A DNA stretch of 64,000 bases from Moniliella sp. 'wahieum' (lineage: Eukaryota), in the NCBI GenBank assembly GCA_003971905.1, contig RSEE01000003.1, positions 434,001 through 498,000 of the forward strand, given 5' to 3'. Both the position numbers and the translations under genes were made by a program. The notes below the pieces were generated by a model. It did not search any database, was not told the DNA's origin, and was given only the letters and a program-made list of their open reading frames with translations. Positions 24,384-38,061 of this stretch are shown here, in pieces (position 1 is the first letter of the stretch; the number at the start of each line of letters is the position of its first letter).

Positions 24384-25808
24384 GGCGTACCGGTCGTCGT
24401 GGTGCGGGGTAGGCAAACGGCGGGGGACAAGCTACAGTCGAGAAGGTGGTGGAGCGAAAAGTTGAGGCTGCGCGATACCCATTGCCGCTAGGTAATCCCT
24501 ACACAGCGCCAGGGTTCCGCGCCACCCCTTCATTATTCCGCCCCGAAGCTAGTGCACTCGGGGAAAAAAATATTGGGGCACAGGGTTGCGCGTACTCAGC
24601 GCGCTGCAGGGATATATATTTGGAGGTCCAGCCGAGCCCCGCAGTTCGATAGACACATGGCAGCCTCCATCTGTGTCCCGACCCATCTTCTGTGGTGGGA
24701 CTTGAACCTTGAACACTTCGCTCTGAGTATCCACGGAGTGTGCCTCTCAGGCCGCGAAGGGTACACTACTTATCGTGTCGGCTTCTCACAGGCAATACAG
24801 CTCCCCAGCGTTTGTTGTGTTTTCGGTTTGCCTCAAGTTTTGCAAATGCTATATGAGAGAATGCAGCTCTCTGACTCACACAACTCTCTGGCGGGGTGTA
24901 TTATGTAAGACCGGAGGAACCCAAGGGGTTGGGTGAAGAACCTCTGGAAGTGTAGAGCAATGCAATCGCGAGGGTGGTGGTTCCGGTCTAAGCCTTGTGC
25001 CACACCTAGAGGACAGGGGTTCAAACAAGCCTGAGTATACACGTGGAGGCTTCGGAGGACAAATCAGGGTGAAGGGTGATGAGGCGCCTTGGCCTAAGTA
25101 CGGGACCACGGGTCCCAATATATCTACGAATGGAAGACATGAGATGATGTTACTGCCAATGGAAGGATAATAACGGTGCACCAAATTGATCAAGGCACGG
25201 CGCGATCCATGTAAGGAATGCGCCTCTCTTTTGTTGGTGGATGAAAAGTGTCGCCAGCCGGTCAATACCATCTCTGGCTCAAGTCATTCGCGTCCAAGCC
25301 GCAGTAGTGCACGTGGAACGGATCGGGGGCTATAAGTTGTAACGCAGTCAAGACAAAACCCCCTGCTCCAAAGCGAACGAGAATGGAAACAGTCTATGAT
25401 GAGTCTGGTAGCAAAATAGCTGCTATCCTACTCTTCATCTCCCCCTTATTTGACTGTGGCCCGGGGAGATTAAACTTGTGTCAGCTCTCCTACCCCGCGA
25501 TGTATTGGCTTCTCTCACCGTAATAGTGGCCCCAAATGCACGGCAGTGTGCACACACTTATACAGAAGTACACTGAGACAGTACTAGTATTATGAGATTT
25601 GGAAAACCCGTAAAGACGACTTATCTGAAACCAGAGTCCACATAGTTCGACGGGGGCATCCACCCAGAAGGGGTGGGCGTTTGGGGCCAAAAAATTGAGA
25701 TAACACAAAACCACTGCGCGTGGTATATATATACGGGAGTTAAAAGGAAAACAGATAGAAAAGAAGACGAAAAAAGGAAATGGAGAGCTTGCAGCAAAGA
25801 ACGCGCAC

Positions 25809-27588
25809 CTAAGGCAACTTGAACAGCTCCTGCAAGTTAGGAAGGCCCAATCCGGACGCCACGTCCGCCCTTAGTGGCTGGGAAGTAGTAGTTCGAGCTG
25901 TCGTCACATCCTGCGGCCGACCCGATGTGACATCCGTCCAGGCCCGAGTTCTCGTAGAATGTCGGATTGGCAAAGCCGAGTTTGTCCTTGCCTTGCGAAG
26001 CACGGTAATTGTTCACCAGGGCCAGGACTGCACCCACAATAGGGGCCGAGGCAGAAGTGCCGCCCACCTGGCTCTCGCTTCCGCTGAGGATAGTGACGAA
26101 TTGCCAACCGCTGAGAGAAGTGGATCGAAGAGTGTTAGAAAGTAGTCTCAATGAGGAAAGAGAAATAACTTACTTGGCGCTCCGTCGGGGAAAGCCCGGC
26201 CATTGGCATTGTATAACCCTTTATTCTGGCTGGGGATGCTGGACTTGTACGCACTCACGGCACTTGCCTGATATTGGGGAACATCAAAGTACGTACTGTA
26301 CCCGCTGGAGCTGTAAAAGCCGGAACCATCAGGGTTGTTGGCCACCTTTGCAGGCTGAATCCACGGTAGCACCGACAGAGAGCACGTAGGGGCAACCACT
26401 AGGTAGGAAACACCGAATCCTTGGGAAGAGCAGACTGGCCCTCATCGTGGCCGCCTTCCAGACCAGCGTCGCCTGAGGCGAAGACCACCGTCACACCCTG
26501 TGCGGAGAGCTTCTTGGCAGCAGCGCAAAAGGCCTGCGCGTCTCCTGAGGAGACATCGGACTCCGACACACCGTAACTGACGGAGACGACTCCAGGAAGA
26601 GGAGAGTAGGTGTCGCCGATAGTGTTCAGACTATTGGTCATGTCGGTAGAGAAGTCCTGGTTATTGCCATTGGCAAGGTAGTACCCGATCTTAAGGGGAG
26701 CAGCCAGCACCGCCGATTGCACATCCAGGTTGCTTTCCTGGTCTGGGTTCGACTGGTCATTACTCCCGGCCCCCGGGCCTGACTTGATCGTGAGCTTCTG
26801 TCCAGCAACCGACGGACGAACTCAGAGATGAACTGAAAGTCAGACGTGCTCACGCTGGTGCCACCGGAATAGGCCATGAGCACAATGTCCTCTCCACCTG
26901 AAGAGCTGGAGGTGGGAGTGTAGAATCCGCACCGTACTGTTGCATCAAACAAGCGAGTGTCACATACTCGCTGTTGCAGCTTGCCCGCTCGCCAAAGTCG
27001 AGTTAAAGCCGCGAGCCAACAAGGCGTTCTCGTTCTTGCCAACATCGCGGGGTGTTGGAAGGAATTGACGCGGACGGTCAAATGAAGTAAAGGGTGTACG
27101 GCCACCACAAAGTCCTCGAGCTCATTGGGAATGGTGTACGAGGGTGCACGGAGGTAAACCGACTGGTCCGAAGTCCCATAGTGCTTGAGTGTTGTTCCCC
27201 AAGCCTTGTTGGCTTGAGCAACGGTGCTTTTGACTTGAATCCGGTCACCAAATTTGCTAGTGGAGATGGCCTCTTCGGGCACACCGACAGAGGCAAGGTG
27301 GGCCTTGATGGCGGCGATGTGTTCGGGGGTTGGAGAGATATAGGCCCAACTCTTCCTCCGATAGCCACTTGCCGCCTGAAATGGATATGTTGTACAGCTT
27401 GTCGTCAAGCTCATGCTCTTGCTCGCCCTTGACAGTGATTGTGTAAGAGAAACGGGTGGCGTCGGGAGCAGCACCAATTTCACTGTAGGCTTCGGAACGC
27501 GGCCGGTGGCATGGGTTGTAGCCGCGCTGGCGACACCGCTGAAAGCCAGCGCTGCGGCCACGAGGGAGACGAAGGACTTGGAGAACAT
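25809..27588 (-). CDS. Secreted S53 sedolisin / tripeptidyl-peptidase I-like protease with prodomain
   Basis: Signal peptide MFSKSFVSLVAAALAFSGVASA; catalytic ESNLD (ExxxD), SVSYG, FASGDAG, GRAFPD, GGTSASAP, LGFANPTFY, DVASGLGLPN. Confidence 0.93.
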
Positions 27589-28553
27589 GGTGTGGTGGTG
27601 GGAGGAGGGGTGGGTTGGCTTCTGAAGACTAAAGAGGCTGAGGATGGCTGGCTTTATACTGTTTAGAAATGTGGGTGTTGCATGCACCTATACTGTATCG
27701 ATAGGTTGCGTTACGCACCCACACACACAGATGTTGCAGTGGTGGTGGTTGCTAGTAGCGATACAACCAGAAACGCATACCATACTGGCCCTATGCGGCA
27801 CTGCTATAGTGAAGCAGTGTGTGCCGTGTAAGATATATACTTTGTACCACAGGTTGTACCTGGTGTATACCGCACAGACTTTTCTGTTGAGTGTGCTTAA
27901 CATCATGTTGCAGCGGCGGTCTCGAGGCCTCAGGGAAGGAGTGCCCCGTCTCACCACAGAGTTCTCAACGAAAATGATTCACGTTAAGTAACGAGCTGCG
28001 ACCGTGGGCAACGAGTAACGGACGCACCAACAGGTCTTAGGCCACAAAAAGCATATGCCAGTGAAGCAAGGGATGATCGAGATCAAACACAGCTATGTGG
28101 TGCTTCCCCCGTCCTATAATGTTGCGGACATCCGAGGTACCGTCAGCCTCTTATTGGTGTACAAAGTGTAGGTCGAACGTGCTGAGCATTGATCGGCAAC
28201 CATGTGAAAAGATCTTCTAACAGAAGATGAGATGAATACATCGCTTGTTGTGTGGTCTTGATTTTCATAGTGAAAGCCGCATGGTATCGAATATACCGCG
28301 GGGACTATCGATTACATGTTACACCCCCCAACGATTATCATTCTGGTGATTATAATGCGTAATTGCCATACTGATGGAGGTTGATCGTGTGCCAGTGATG
28401 CTGATGTTTGTTTTGACCTAAACACTCAACGTACTCTACCAACCTTGTTCGCACGTCGCGAGTATCTTACGGTCGGCGTATCACACACAACTCGGCGAGC
28501 GAGACACATCCCAGATCAGAGTTAGGGTTGGCGCCTAGCAGCGCTCAAGTGCC

Positions 28554-28670
28554 TGAGGCCTGACACTAGTCAGGGCCATGTCACAGATCTCTCAGGTACA
28601 AAGGCGCGCATGCCGATCTTAGATCTTACGCACAATGCATGATGCATGATACGTAGCGGATGATCGATGA
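28554..28670. repeat. Cluster of 7-nt-period palindromic units: TGA-GGCC-TGA, GATC-TTA-GATC-TTA, TGCA-TGA-TGCA-TGA, TGA-TCGA-TGA
   Basis: Read directly from the sequence. Confidence 0.8.
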
Positions 28671-30569
28671 CGCAGATGGTGCCTATCGCGCCTATCGACT
28701 ATCGACTAATATCTCTGACACAGTCATATAACAGTTACACAGTCATCTATACCAGTTGCAGTTACACTTGCAGTCAGCTAGTCATAGAACAGGTTAGAAC
28801 GCGTATATGCGTTGTCCATCGGCCACCCTTTCCCGTGGCTTGTCTTGGAAGCGAAGGCCAATATGCGAAAGCACATCTATTCGGATTTCCGAAAGGATTT
28901 CCCATCATGTTGTGACATGTGAGTTCGCTATCACCATATGGCAATGCGGATGTGATACGCCTATATATGCAACAAGGCAATCGCTGCACCAAAAGGCCTA
29001 TACAGTCCAAGGCCTAAGGGCCCGTGGGCGTTTCTTTGTGATCCTTTTGCATAAGCTATAAGCTTTGCTGATGACATTTTGATGGACATACTATGGATCC
29101 GCGGCTAGCGGCTCGCGAGCGATAGAAAATGGGAATGAGATGCATATGAGATTGGGGAGCTATATACTGATGGCTAGGCCTCTGCCTGACCATCTGAGAC
29201 GCAGGGGGATTGATTGTTATTGGAGAGAGCAAAAGGCACGTACAGTAGGTTGTGCGATGACGTGCAGCGTGCCGCACTTAACCCCCGACCACGCGGTACA
29301 GACGGTAGATGGGTTCTGGACCACCGATGGCCCCAACACAGTCATTGTGCTTTGGATAGATGAACGTTTACATAGCGCTAGAAAGACACTATAGAGCAGG
29401 CCGTACTTAGGCAATCTCCATATCACGGTAGAAAAGAATATGCAATCCGTGGAGCGCACTCTTCTTCCATATGCCCTGTCCCAGCCTTCAGCTTTGTCAA
29501 AGACATGGATACATAGGAGTCCAGGTCTATTATAACATTTTTTGCAAATTGAAGCTTATCGCCCTGTGGTCGACTTCCCGCTCCTCATCGGTTCTTGTCT
29601 ATAGGCATACTTTCGGCGGGGGGCTGTTAGGTGGTCATATACAGCTTCCCCAACAGAGAGACTTTGTGAAGCTGGCATTAAGGTTACGGTCATCTGTTCT
29701 CGCGCCCGGGCCTATTCCTTTGTGTGTTTTGCTGTCTTTTCGCTTCCCCTCCTGCTTTTCTCCATCGTGCACCACGACCGAACTTTTGCTTCCACTTACG
29801 AGTCCATATTCGTTCACCCTCTTCGGTGCTTCTCTCGGCGATCTGATTGCCGCAGCCAGTTGGCCACTATGGTGCAACCAGACAGGGGAATTAAAATCAC
29901 TGGTCCCCGATGACCAGACCTAACAACCGTGGGGAGAGTGCCTGCTGCGCCCACAGGATGTCCCCCCCGCACCAGCATTGTATGGGCTTCAAACGCTTCA
30001 TGCGTGTGATTCCAATGTTAAGCTTTAAGTCAGACACTACAGTAATGACGAATAGCCATCGATTACCGCGGCCTTACTGTTGGCAGTTACTAGTTACTAG
30101 TTGCTGCTGCTAAGCGGTAAGCGCCAGCAGGTCATAACCTTGTTTCTCTCGCCACTCGGTTCCAAAGAAGCGCCAGTGGATGCGGCTGAGGGTGGTGGAC
30201 ACGCGAAGGGGGAGCTTCAGTCTCCTTTCCTTTTCATGGCAGCTAGGTTCCTTTATCGACTTTATCGTGGGAAACATGAGCATCCTCAACTGCACGGTGG
30301 AGTAACCACGTGTTGGGAAAAGGCTAATAGTACAGCCCGTTGGCGCAGCACATGCTTCCCCACAATCTCTATTCCATAGTAACCTTATCATTGACAGAGC
30401 TTAACTGACTGGGACAAAGAAAGGCGGCGCCTAAACCTACCCGTTCATCCGGCGTGTGTGTTTCTTGTTAGCGCCATCCTGCAATCCCGCTCAAGGTTCT
30501 AGGGAATCGACAGGAGATCAGGTCCCTCTGGTGCCCGTCATCTGAACGACGGTGAACCATCTCCATTGA

Positions 30570-31250
30570 GATTCAGTAATAGTTAATTTCTTCCAGTTCC
30601 CACAGACATGTCTTGCCCACCGTCTTGGTGGCATAGTATCCTCGCGTCGTCAAAACCAAAGGGAAAAAGGGTTCTTGGGTTCGGCTTCTCTGGTACTTGG
30701 CGTTTTTGTCGCATTCTGCTTGTTCCAGCAGCCGACGCAGGCCCTTCATCCGTCGGCACTTCAAAGGCGGAGCAGTGTTCTCATGTATACCACCTTCCGG
30801 TACGCAGCCAATGTCATGGTTTGGCTGATCTCGCTCCCATTTCCAATTTCTTCGTCTCGAGCGTCTCGCTCCTTCCCTGTTTTTTCCACTTCGCACCACT
30901 GTGTCCTCTGTTCTTGCTTCTTACCCACGAACGATTGCTACACCCCTTGGCCTAGTCCTATTCTGGTCTCCCTCGCCTTAGCCCCCGACTGTGACAGCCA
31001 ACCCCTCCTACGTTCCCGACTCGCGGAGCGTGTCGCCCACGTCCATTTTTGATCCTGATCCAATTGCTCCAGGACACATCATTCGGTAGTTAGTGCGCAT
31101 TTTGTTTTCCTGCCACGCTCGTTCCGTCTTCCTACTCCAAAGTTGTGCATGGCTCGTTATGGATGTGGGTGGCGGGGTTTTAGTGCAACACATCCTTCAT
31201 GGCTAATCGAAAATGCTGGTAACAAGGTTCCGGATAGATATGTGAGGACT
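30570..31250 (-). mobile_element. Decayed 3' fragment of an RLE-encoding (CRE/Cnl1/MoTeR-like) non-LTR retrotransposon
   Basis: Ordered degenerate motifs across frames: SHEGC (knuckle remnant), ITSHAQL (~RHx), MRTNYRMMCPGAIGSGSKMDV (~RxD...D), ECDKNAKYQ...PFFPLVLTTRGYYATKT...LW (K..KY / FxPxVxSxxG). No RT domain seen. Confidence 0.45.
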
Positions 31251-31442
31251 ACGTACAAAATTCAAGGTGGGCAAGGCTGTGCAAGATTGTGCGCAAGAAA
31301 TTTCGATTAGCCATGTTGTTACAATGACCTAAGGAAGACGAAAGAGCTGGCTAAGGGTTTCGTTGACACACTACAGAAGATGGGTTCGCACGCGGTCAAC
31401 AGCTGGGAGGAGGAACGTAGTGCATAGTATAGTGTTTAACGT

Positions 31443-33016
31443 TCAGGCCTCTGTCGCCTCAGTGGCAACTGGGGCAGCCTCAGTTTCCTTCTCCGGCGCA
31501 GGAGAAGTACCGTTCGTCTTACTGTGGGCCTTGGCAATCAACTTCTCCACATTAGCCTTGTTGATCTCAGTCTGGTGCTGCTGGTTGGCAACGAAGTACT
31601 GCCGCTTCAGCTGCAAATTCTCCACCACCCGCTGTACATCCGCCGCGGAAGATGGCGGGGGGATAGACAAGGAAAGGAGAACCGAGAGGGTGCCAATCGG
31701 GACATGCAGCTTGTCACTTTGGCTGGGTGTGGTCGATCCCGACCCCTCCCCATCTTCGGTGGCGGAAGCGGCGGGCTTCTTTCCCTTCTTCTTGTTCTTG
31801 TTCTTCTTAGGTGCTTTCGCAACAAAGAAGGCGTCTTCCTCCTTGCCTTTGGTCAAGACTCGGGCACCAGTGGGGGCGTCCGTGTCCTCCACCGTACGCG
31901 CCTGCTTTTCTTTTCCCAGCACTGGCGCGGCCTCTTGGGCCACTTGGACTGGAGCAGCCTTGTGCTTGCCCCCAGAGAAGTAGTTAATGAGGACGTCGCA
32001 GTCTTCAATCTCCTTGGTGAAGGCTGGAATGGCCGCTTGCTCACGGAGTTCGGCCTCTTTGGCTTGGCGCTGGGACTCTTCACGCGCCTTGCGTTCTTGC
32101 TTCTCCTGCTCAATGCGCTTGCGCCGCTCGTCGTCACGCTTCTTGTCAAAGGCATCCCGAGCGTTGCTGAAGGCGCTGTAGCGAGCCCGCTTGCGATCGA
32201 AGAGAGCGTCCAATTTCTTCTGGAGCGTGTTCTGCTGCGCCACCAACTTGGACCGGTCCTTAGCAGACTCGGCAAAGCGAGCCTGGATCTGGTCCAGCTC
32301 CGCCTTAATCTTGCTGTACTTGTCGGAGGCTGCCTTAACGGTCGGGTCCGCTTCGAGGGTCTTGAGCTCCTCGCGCAGCTTGTCCAGGACGGACTTGCGC
32401 TCGTCCACGGCAGCCTGCCGGGCGTCCAGTGTGACAACTTGCTTACGGGTCTTCCTAAGCGTCGTAATACGGGCAAGAGATTGCCGTTCCTCCACAATGC
32501 GAAGCGTGCCGGATTCAATCAACTTTTCTTGCCGCTTGATCTCCTCATCCACCTGAGCAAGGCTGGAGAAGGAGAGTTTCTTAGTCTCGGCACGGAGTTC
32601 GTTGATGGCTTTGGTAACTTCCTCTGGATTGCCTTGATCTCATCCAGCACCTTCAGGCGGCTTCCCTTGGACCCAGCTTGTTCGGAACGGAGCGAGTCGA
32701 GCTGCTTGCGCAGCTCGGCACGCCGCTTGCCATCAGGGGTTTTCGGCCGGACCGGACCCAGTGAGCAAGGCACGGATAGCACTCTTTTTATATGTTAGTA
32801 AAACATCTGTGGAACGGGAAGGAAGGAGACATACAGCTTCGGTCTTGAGCTTGGCAATGTCTGCGTCAATCTCATCCATCACGGCCTTGTGTGCGTCGAA
32901 GTCGGGTCTCCCGCCCGCCAGGAGCTTGATCTTCTCCTCTGCGGGAGCGGCGTCGGGGGCAGCGCTTTCCTCGGCTTAGCCGTGCTGCTGGGCTTGACCG
33001 TGTCCTTGGGTGCCAT
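31443..33016 (-). CDS. BFR1: Bfr1-like nuclear segregation / ER-polysome coiled-coil protein
   Basis: GGRPDFDAHKAVMDEIDA, IESGTLRIVEERQSLARITTLRK, AAIPAFTKEIEDCDVLINYF, LLSLSIPPP...KRQYF; one intron at ~32773-32834. Confidence 0.85.
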
Positions 33017-33669
33017 GTTGGTGGGTGGTGTTCAGAAAGGGGAGATGGGGGAGAGAGGGGTGCCGCCGCCTTTATTCTAACCACGCGGGCTGCTGGAGCT
33101 TCCTTCGCGCGCTCCACGTCGCCGCTTACCTAACGTGCTGCTCCGAAGGATGGTGTGTTGCCAAGGCTGCGGTGGGCCTATCCAGTCAGTAGCAGCGCTG
33201 CGGGCAGGCACTGGCTCCGTGCACTCCGCCCAATATCACTTTCACATTTCAGTTTCGCCCTCGCCCGCGCCCACGCCAGTCGTCCTTTGCGCTTGTGATA
33301 TGTGACGACGATGGTCGATGATCGACATGCAGCTAGTTAGCCCAACGCACTCACTCACGCCGAACTCCACGCTCACCGACAGACGTCCTTTGGCCTTCCA
33401 CGGGCTCAGGACACTCAGTACGCACATTGTCAAAACATGGTCATACACAGAAGAGGATTAGGAAGGACAAGAGGGCCCGCCCCCTGACTACCAGGTGCGG
33501 TCATAAACAGGGAAATAGGTGGATAGACAGGAGGTAATGTGAGTGGAACCGCCTCCACACTGTAGCGTCGCAACTGACAAGGTCTCAGGATGGAGCGCCG
33601 GATGTGGTGCCAACCGTCACGTCGCTTGCAGCATCGTCACTCGCATCATCTCGGACCGTGGATGCCCCC

Positions 33670-35067
33670 TCAGAAACGGTATCTGGGATAGGTTCTTCGC
33701 CCCCCTGGACAAGAGATGGGTGGAACCTTCTCCTTTCCCTTCAGGACACTCCTCGCCTCGCCTGACCCTTCGGCCACTACTGAGGGAGACCCAGGTGATT
33801 TACCCACACTCGTATCTTCTTCATCACTGAGGGGTACTCCAGCTTCTTCCTTGATCCTGCCGAGTCGTTCCTGGGGCGGGGGACCCAGGGTAGACGGCCT
33901 AGGCTCCGCAGCAGTACTTTTTCCCGTCTTGATAGAGGACACGAGTGATGGCTCGACGGAAATGGCTGGAGGGCGGGCTGCAGGCTTGGTAAGGATCGCA
34001 TAGTCCCCCTCAGCCCGGCTGTCTTCTGAGTCCGACGGTTCGAACAGCGCCTCGTCCCTGAGTCGGGGACTGCTGCTTTCACCACGCGTGGGTGTGAAAG
34101 CTTGCCCTCCCATCCGCCGTTTGGCATCGCTCGTGATCGAAGGAGTTGGCGCACTAGACGACCCGCTTGGTGCCGTGCGGGGCTGATAGGAGGAAAGTAG
34201 GCTTGAGGGGGGGATAATACTGAGGATCTGACCTTCGCTTGGGGGGGCGCCATATGAGTCGAATGGATCTGGGATAGTGCCAAGCATTTGTTCCAACACC
34301 ACATCTGAGTTTGCTTTCGAAGATAACCGTTCCCACATCTCCACCTCAGAGCGAGTCAACAGCGATACCTAATCCGCGTTAATACAGGGCAAGCAAACAG
34401 AGGGAAAAGGACTAACCTTGCTTTGGATAAATCCCCAGATCTCCTCTTCACCATTTAGAACTTCATGGTAGTAGTCTGACTTGCTCTGGTCAATCTCCGT
34501 TACCTTCTGCTGCATCTCCCCTAGCAGCAGCTTGAATGATGCCAGGTCCCTCCCGGGACCTCTCCGACCAAGGCCATTGCGAATATTGCGGGCCTCAATT
34601 TCCTTGAGTGCACGCGATTTATCCGCCAAGTCCTTCTCGTGAGACAGTTGACGCTCATTGCAGGATGTGCAATACGTATCGAAGGCACTGAGGAGGGGGA
34701 TCTGGAAGTCCTTCCAAAACGAATCGGCAAGGACTTGGGCCCAATTGCTGGTGAGGAAATGGAGGCCAGCACAGGCTTGAAACGTCTCCGCCTGAATGTG
34801 AGCCCCTTTAGTTATGCTGCAGACCTCAAATGAAGAAGCCAGGTCGGCCGCTGCCCGACTGAGAACCAACATAGCGTTGGTGAATGCCTTGCCGGCGCCC
34901 AGCAGTTGCTCGTATGCCGCTACGCTGGAGCGCAGGTCGGCGCGTGTGACCAAGACTTCGGGGCGGTTGGGGAAGTCAATTGATGCGCGCGTAGTGGCCA
35001 TCGACCCAGCCGGACTGGACATGCCGAACGACGGGGCCGCCGAATGCAACGAGCGGCTGGGCGGCAT
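33670..35067 (-). CDS. Ivy1-like I-BAR/IMD phospholipid-binding protein; 3' end approximate
   Basis: LVTRADLRSSVAAYEQLL, CSITKGA...FQACAGLHFLTSNWAQVLADSFWKDFQIPLL, RDLASFK; intron near 34417-34371; disordered C-terminus. Confidence 0.75.
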
Positions 35068-35449
35068 GGCTGATGGCAGTGTTGGGTGGAAAGCAGGACA
35101 ACGCGTGGCTGCGAGCTGTCGGGCCGCTTGGCTCGAAACAGAGCCCCGCGAGACGGAGAGCTTAGCTTACATAATGCATCACTCGAATCTGGGGGGTTCA
35201 TTAATCGTTTGAACCGCACGTGGCTGATGGACGACTTGCATCGCTACGTATCCAGCTGCCAGCTAGTATTTCACCACGGCCACCCCGAGGAATTGCCGCC
35301 AGCCCGACACCTCCCAGCCAGTCGTTGGAACATGTGGATACAGATGCAGTGGGTCGGCGGAACGCAGGCCTCTGTGGCTGGCCTTCATTTGAGTCTTCCA
35401 AGGGAGTCGAGAGCTGAGCAGATTGAACCTCCGCCACAGCGGCAGTAGA

Positions 35450-35933
35450 CTAGAAGAAACTAGACGCGTCGCTCTCGCGGCTTCTTGACGATACGAGGGA
35501 CGTATCTGGCGAGTAGCCCGGGGCGTCGCGTGTGGGTTTGAACTTGCCCTGGCCTACATACGTGTAATAGCCTTCACCGTAGCGCACATACGCCGCATTT
35601 TCCCTTAAGCAAAACAACTGTCGTCAGTACTGCATAGGTCATCCGGTCATATATACCAACAATAGCCCCGGGAAGGGAGTATACACAAGAAGTACATACT
35701 GGTACAAGAGCCACCAGGCATGAATCCAGCCTGGTACCAAGCCCAAAATGGTCAACACTAAATTGATCCCAACGTCGTTGCAACATCCGATAGTGAGCCT
35801 GGGCTGTATATCAGCGTTTAATGCCTTTTGTCGCTTCCTTTTCCCCTGAATGAGTGGGAATACAACGTACAGCGACCGCCAAAGGTGGGCAAAAGATGGA
35901 GATAGCAAAGACGACGGTCAATCCCAGGCCCAT
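35450..35933 (-). CDS. PMP3: Pmp3/UPF0057 plasma-membrane proteolipid
   Basis: AISIFCPPLAVA | ..GCCNDVGINLVLTILGLVPGWIHAWWLLY; two introns (35870-35804; 35699 to ~35605). Confidence 0.88.
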
Positions 35934-36443
35934 ATTTTGGTGAAGGTTATAGGTGGTGGGCCAGGTGGTGGTGGGAGAGTGAGCCGGGGTAGGCGCACAA
36001 GATACTCTCAAGACCACTGTTTGCTGCGGTTTGTCCAGCGTGAGTTTAATGGCCAGAACATATGCTGGCGACTCCACTGTGGTCTCCTGGATTATTTATG
36101 GGTTGAGCGCAAATAAGCAGCACACCCGGATGAGCGAGCCGGTTAACCGCAGCCCTCTTTGCTCCAGCCTTAAGCTCTGTAAACCGCATGAATGCTGCAG
36201 GAGAAGGGTGTGAGGTCTTCCCTTGACCTTGAGGCCTGAGGCTGCCTGACCGTCTGACCCCCCTGAGAGCCTGGCCGAAGAGACTCTGTAAGTTTGTACG
36301 AACCGCGGATGGTTGAAGTAGCGACACTGATTAGGTAATACACACTGCTACGTGGACACGGCCCCCCTGCGCTGCGGCATAGATGATTTTCGCCGGTTGG
36401 TTGCTTGCCGGACTGCCAATCGCCCAACTACCACCATCACAGG

Positions 36444-37180
36444 ATGCGGCTGATCCTCTCTGTCCTGGGTCTGTTCAGCCTCCTGGTTGTACTGCTCAGC
36501 TCCCCCGCCAAGGGGCCGCTTTGACCACCAAAATTGACTCGCACGAAAAGTCATGCTATTACGCTTGGGTTGACCAGGTGGGGGAGAAAGTGGGCTTCTA
36601 CTATGCTGTCCAGTCTGGAGGGGACTTTCGAGTCGCTTATTCGATCCACGACCCCAACGACGAGTCCATTCTGGAGGAACCTTCGGCGCGTCAGCTCGAC
36701 GTGATCTTCACCGGCAACACGGTGGGCGAATATGTGTTTTGCTTCTACAATGGCCCTGATGACAAGATGGTATGTGCATTCTCGTCCGAAAGGGAAGACA
36801 CTGACATGGCCTCTAGATCGACTTTGACATCACGGTTGAGTCTGAGCCTCGTCTCGAGCTGCCCATTTCTGAGGGACATGTCGTTTCGGACCACACAGCA
36901 CCGTTGGAAGAAAGCCTGTCCTCACTTTGGGGCGAACTGACGGCAATTGAGAGGACCCAGCGCTTCTTCCGCACGAGGGAGAAGAGAAATTACGATACGG
37001 TCAAGAATACCCAGTATGTTCTCCTTTTCCCTCCATTTTCCAGCAATTAACAAGCGCAGGTCCCGCATTTTCTGGTACTCCCTCTTCGAGTCGGCCGTCA
37101 TTATCAGCATGTCGCTCGCCCAGGTCGGGGTGGTACGTTTCCTCTTCAATCGCAACGACACGAAACGCTTCCGCGTATAA
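36444..37180 (+). CDS. p24/emp24/gp25L family cargo receptor (GOLD domain)
   Basis: Signal peptide; HEKSCYYAWVDQVGEKVGFYYAVQSGGDF, GEYVFCF, FFRTREKRNYDTVKNT, RIFWYSLFES..QVGVVRFLF; introns 36770-36816 and 37014-37059. Confidence 0.93.
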
Positions 37181-37358
37181 ACCATCCCCCTGGCCACCAC
37201 CCTGCTACTTCGCTTTGGCAATGTGGGGTCAAAAACTGATACGAACCTGCACTCTTATTTGATCTGGGATTGATTGATACATTGGTAGGCGAGGCGGGTC
37301 TCACCTAACCTCTGGAATGAAGGAGAAACGGGAGCAACAAATTTGTAGAAAGAGGTAG

Positions 37359-37777
37359 TTACTCGCCAAAGAGCTGCAAGGGGAGATGGGTTAGGTTTCA
37401 GCCCCGTGATCGTGAGGGCCTACACACCTTTTGCACGCGACGCAGGACCGAATCTTTCGAGGGGTCATAGGGGTGATCCTTCGACGGAATCTCCAAGAGT
37501 GCAGGGAAGGCCTGGGTGTACTTGTCAACGAGGGGGCGGATACGTTCGGCAATGTGCTGGTTGATCAACACAATCGCAATGTCGTTCCTCTGCCGTGTAC
37601 TCGTGGAAAGCAGCTTCGATGTCTGCCGTAGCGGTGGGGCTCGACAATGAAAAAGTTCTTGCTGCCGTCGTCGTCAATGTTGCCCACGCCTGCCAACAGA
37701 AGTCCGGTCGTACTGTCCTCATCTGTGATGAGCGCGAGTAGGGTGCGGTCGGCAGCGCCGGAGGGGGCGTGCGACAT
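37359..37777 (-). CDS. VMA7: V-type ATPase subunit F
   Basis: [66 protein letters not shown]; short 3' intron, then LFGE*. Confidence 0.96.
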
Positions 37778-38061
37778 GGTACTCCTGAGCCCCGTCTAGT
37801 TGGGTGGATGGAGAGGGGGATGCGGAGACAGTGGGCAGCGGCCCATGTCTACAGTTCGACTGCAGGCGGGCCAGGGCACAGCATACGTAATCCAACGCGT
37901 ATTCCGCCGGGGCAGCTGAATGCTTGTTTCGGACCAGCAATTCGTTCCGCCACCTGGAAACCTCCCGCCGTCCCAGGCTTGATACAGGCGAAACCGCGGG
38001 CATCCACCATCAACCGTCGGCCAGCCTCCGTTCCCGGCGCACCCTCACGTTCATCGCCGCC

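Noticed and set aside
24650..25750. Possible gene or structured RNA between CKB1 and the S53 protease
   Set aside because: Only short unrecognisable ORFs; no RNase P/MRP, SRP or snRNA signatures found by eye.
28520..28530. GTTAGGGTTG, telomerase-template-like on the - strand
   Set aside because: A single 9-10-mer is expected by chance in 64 kb; no supporting structure identified.
31524..32798. 424-aa + strand ORF
   Set aside because: Antisense shadow of the codon-biased BFR1-like gene; no motif of its own.
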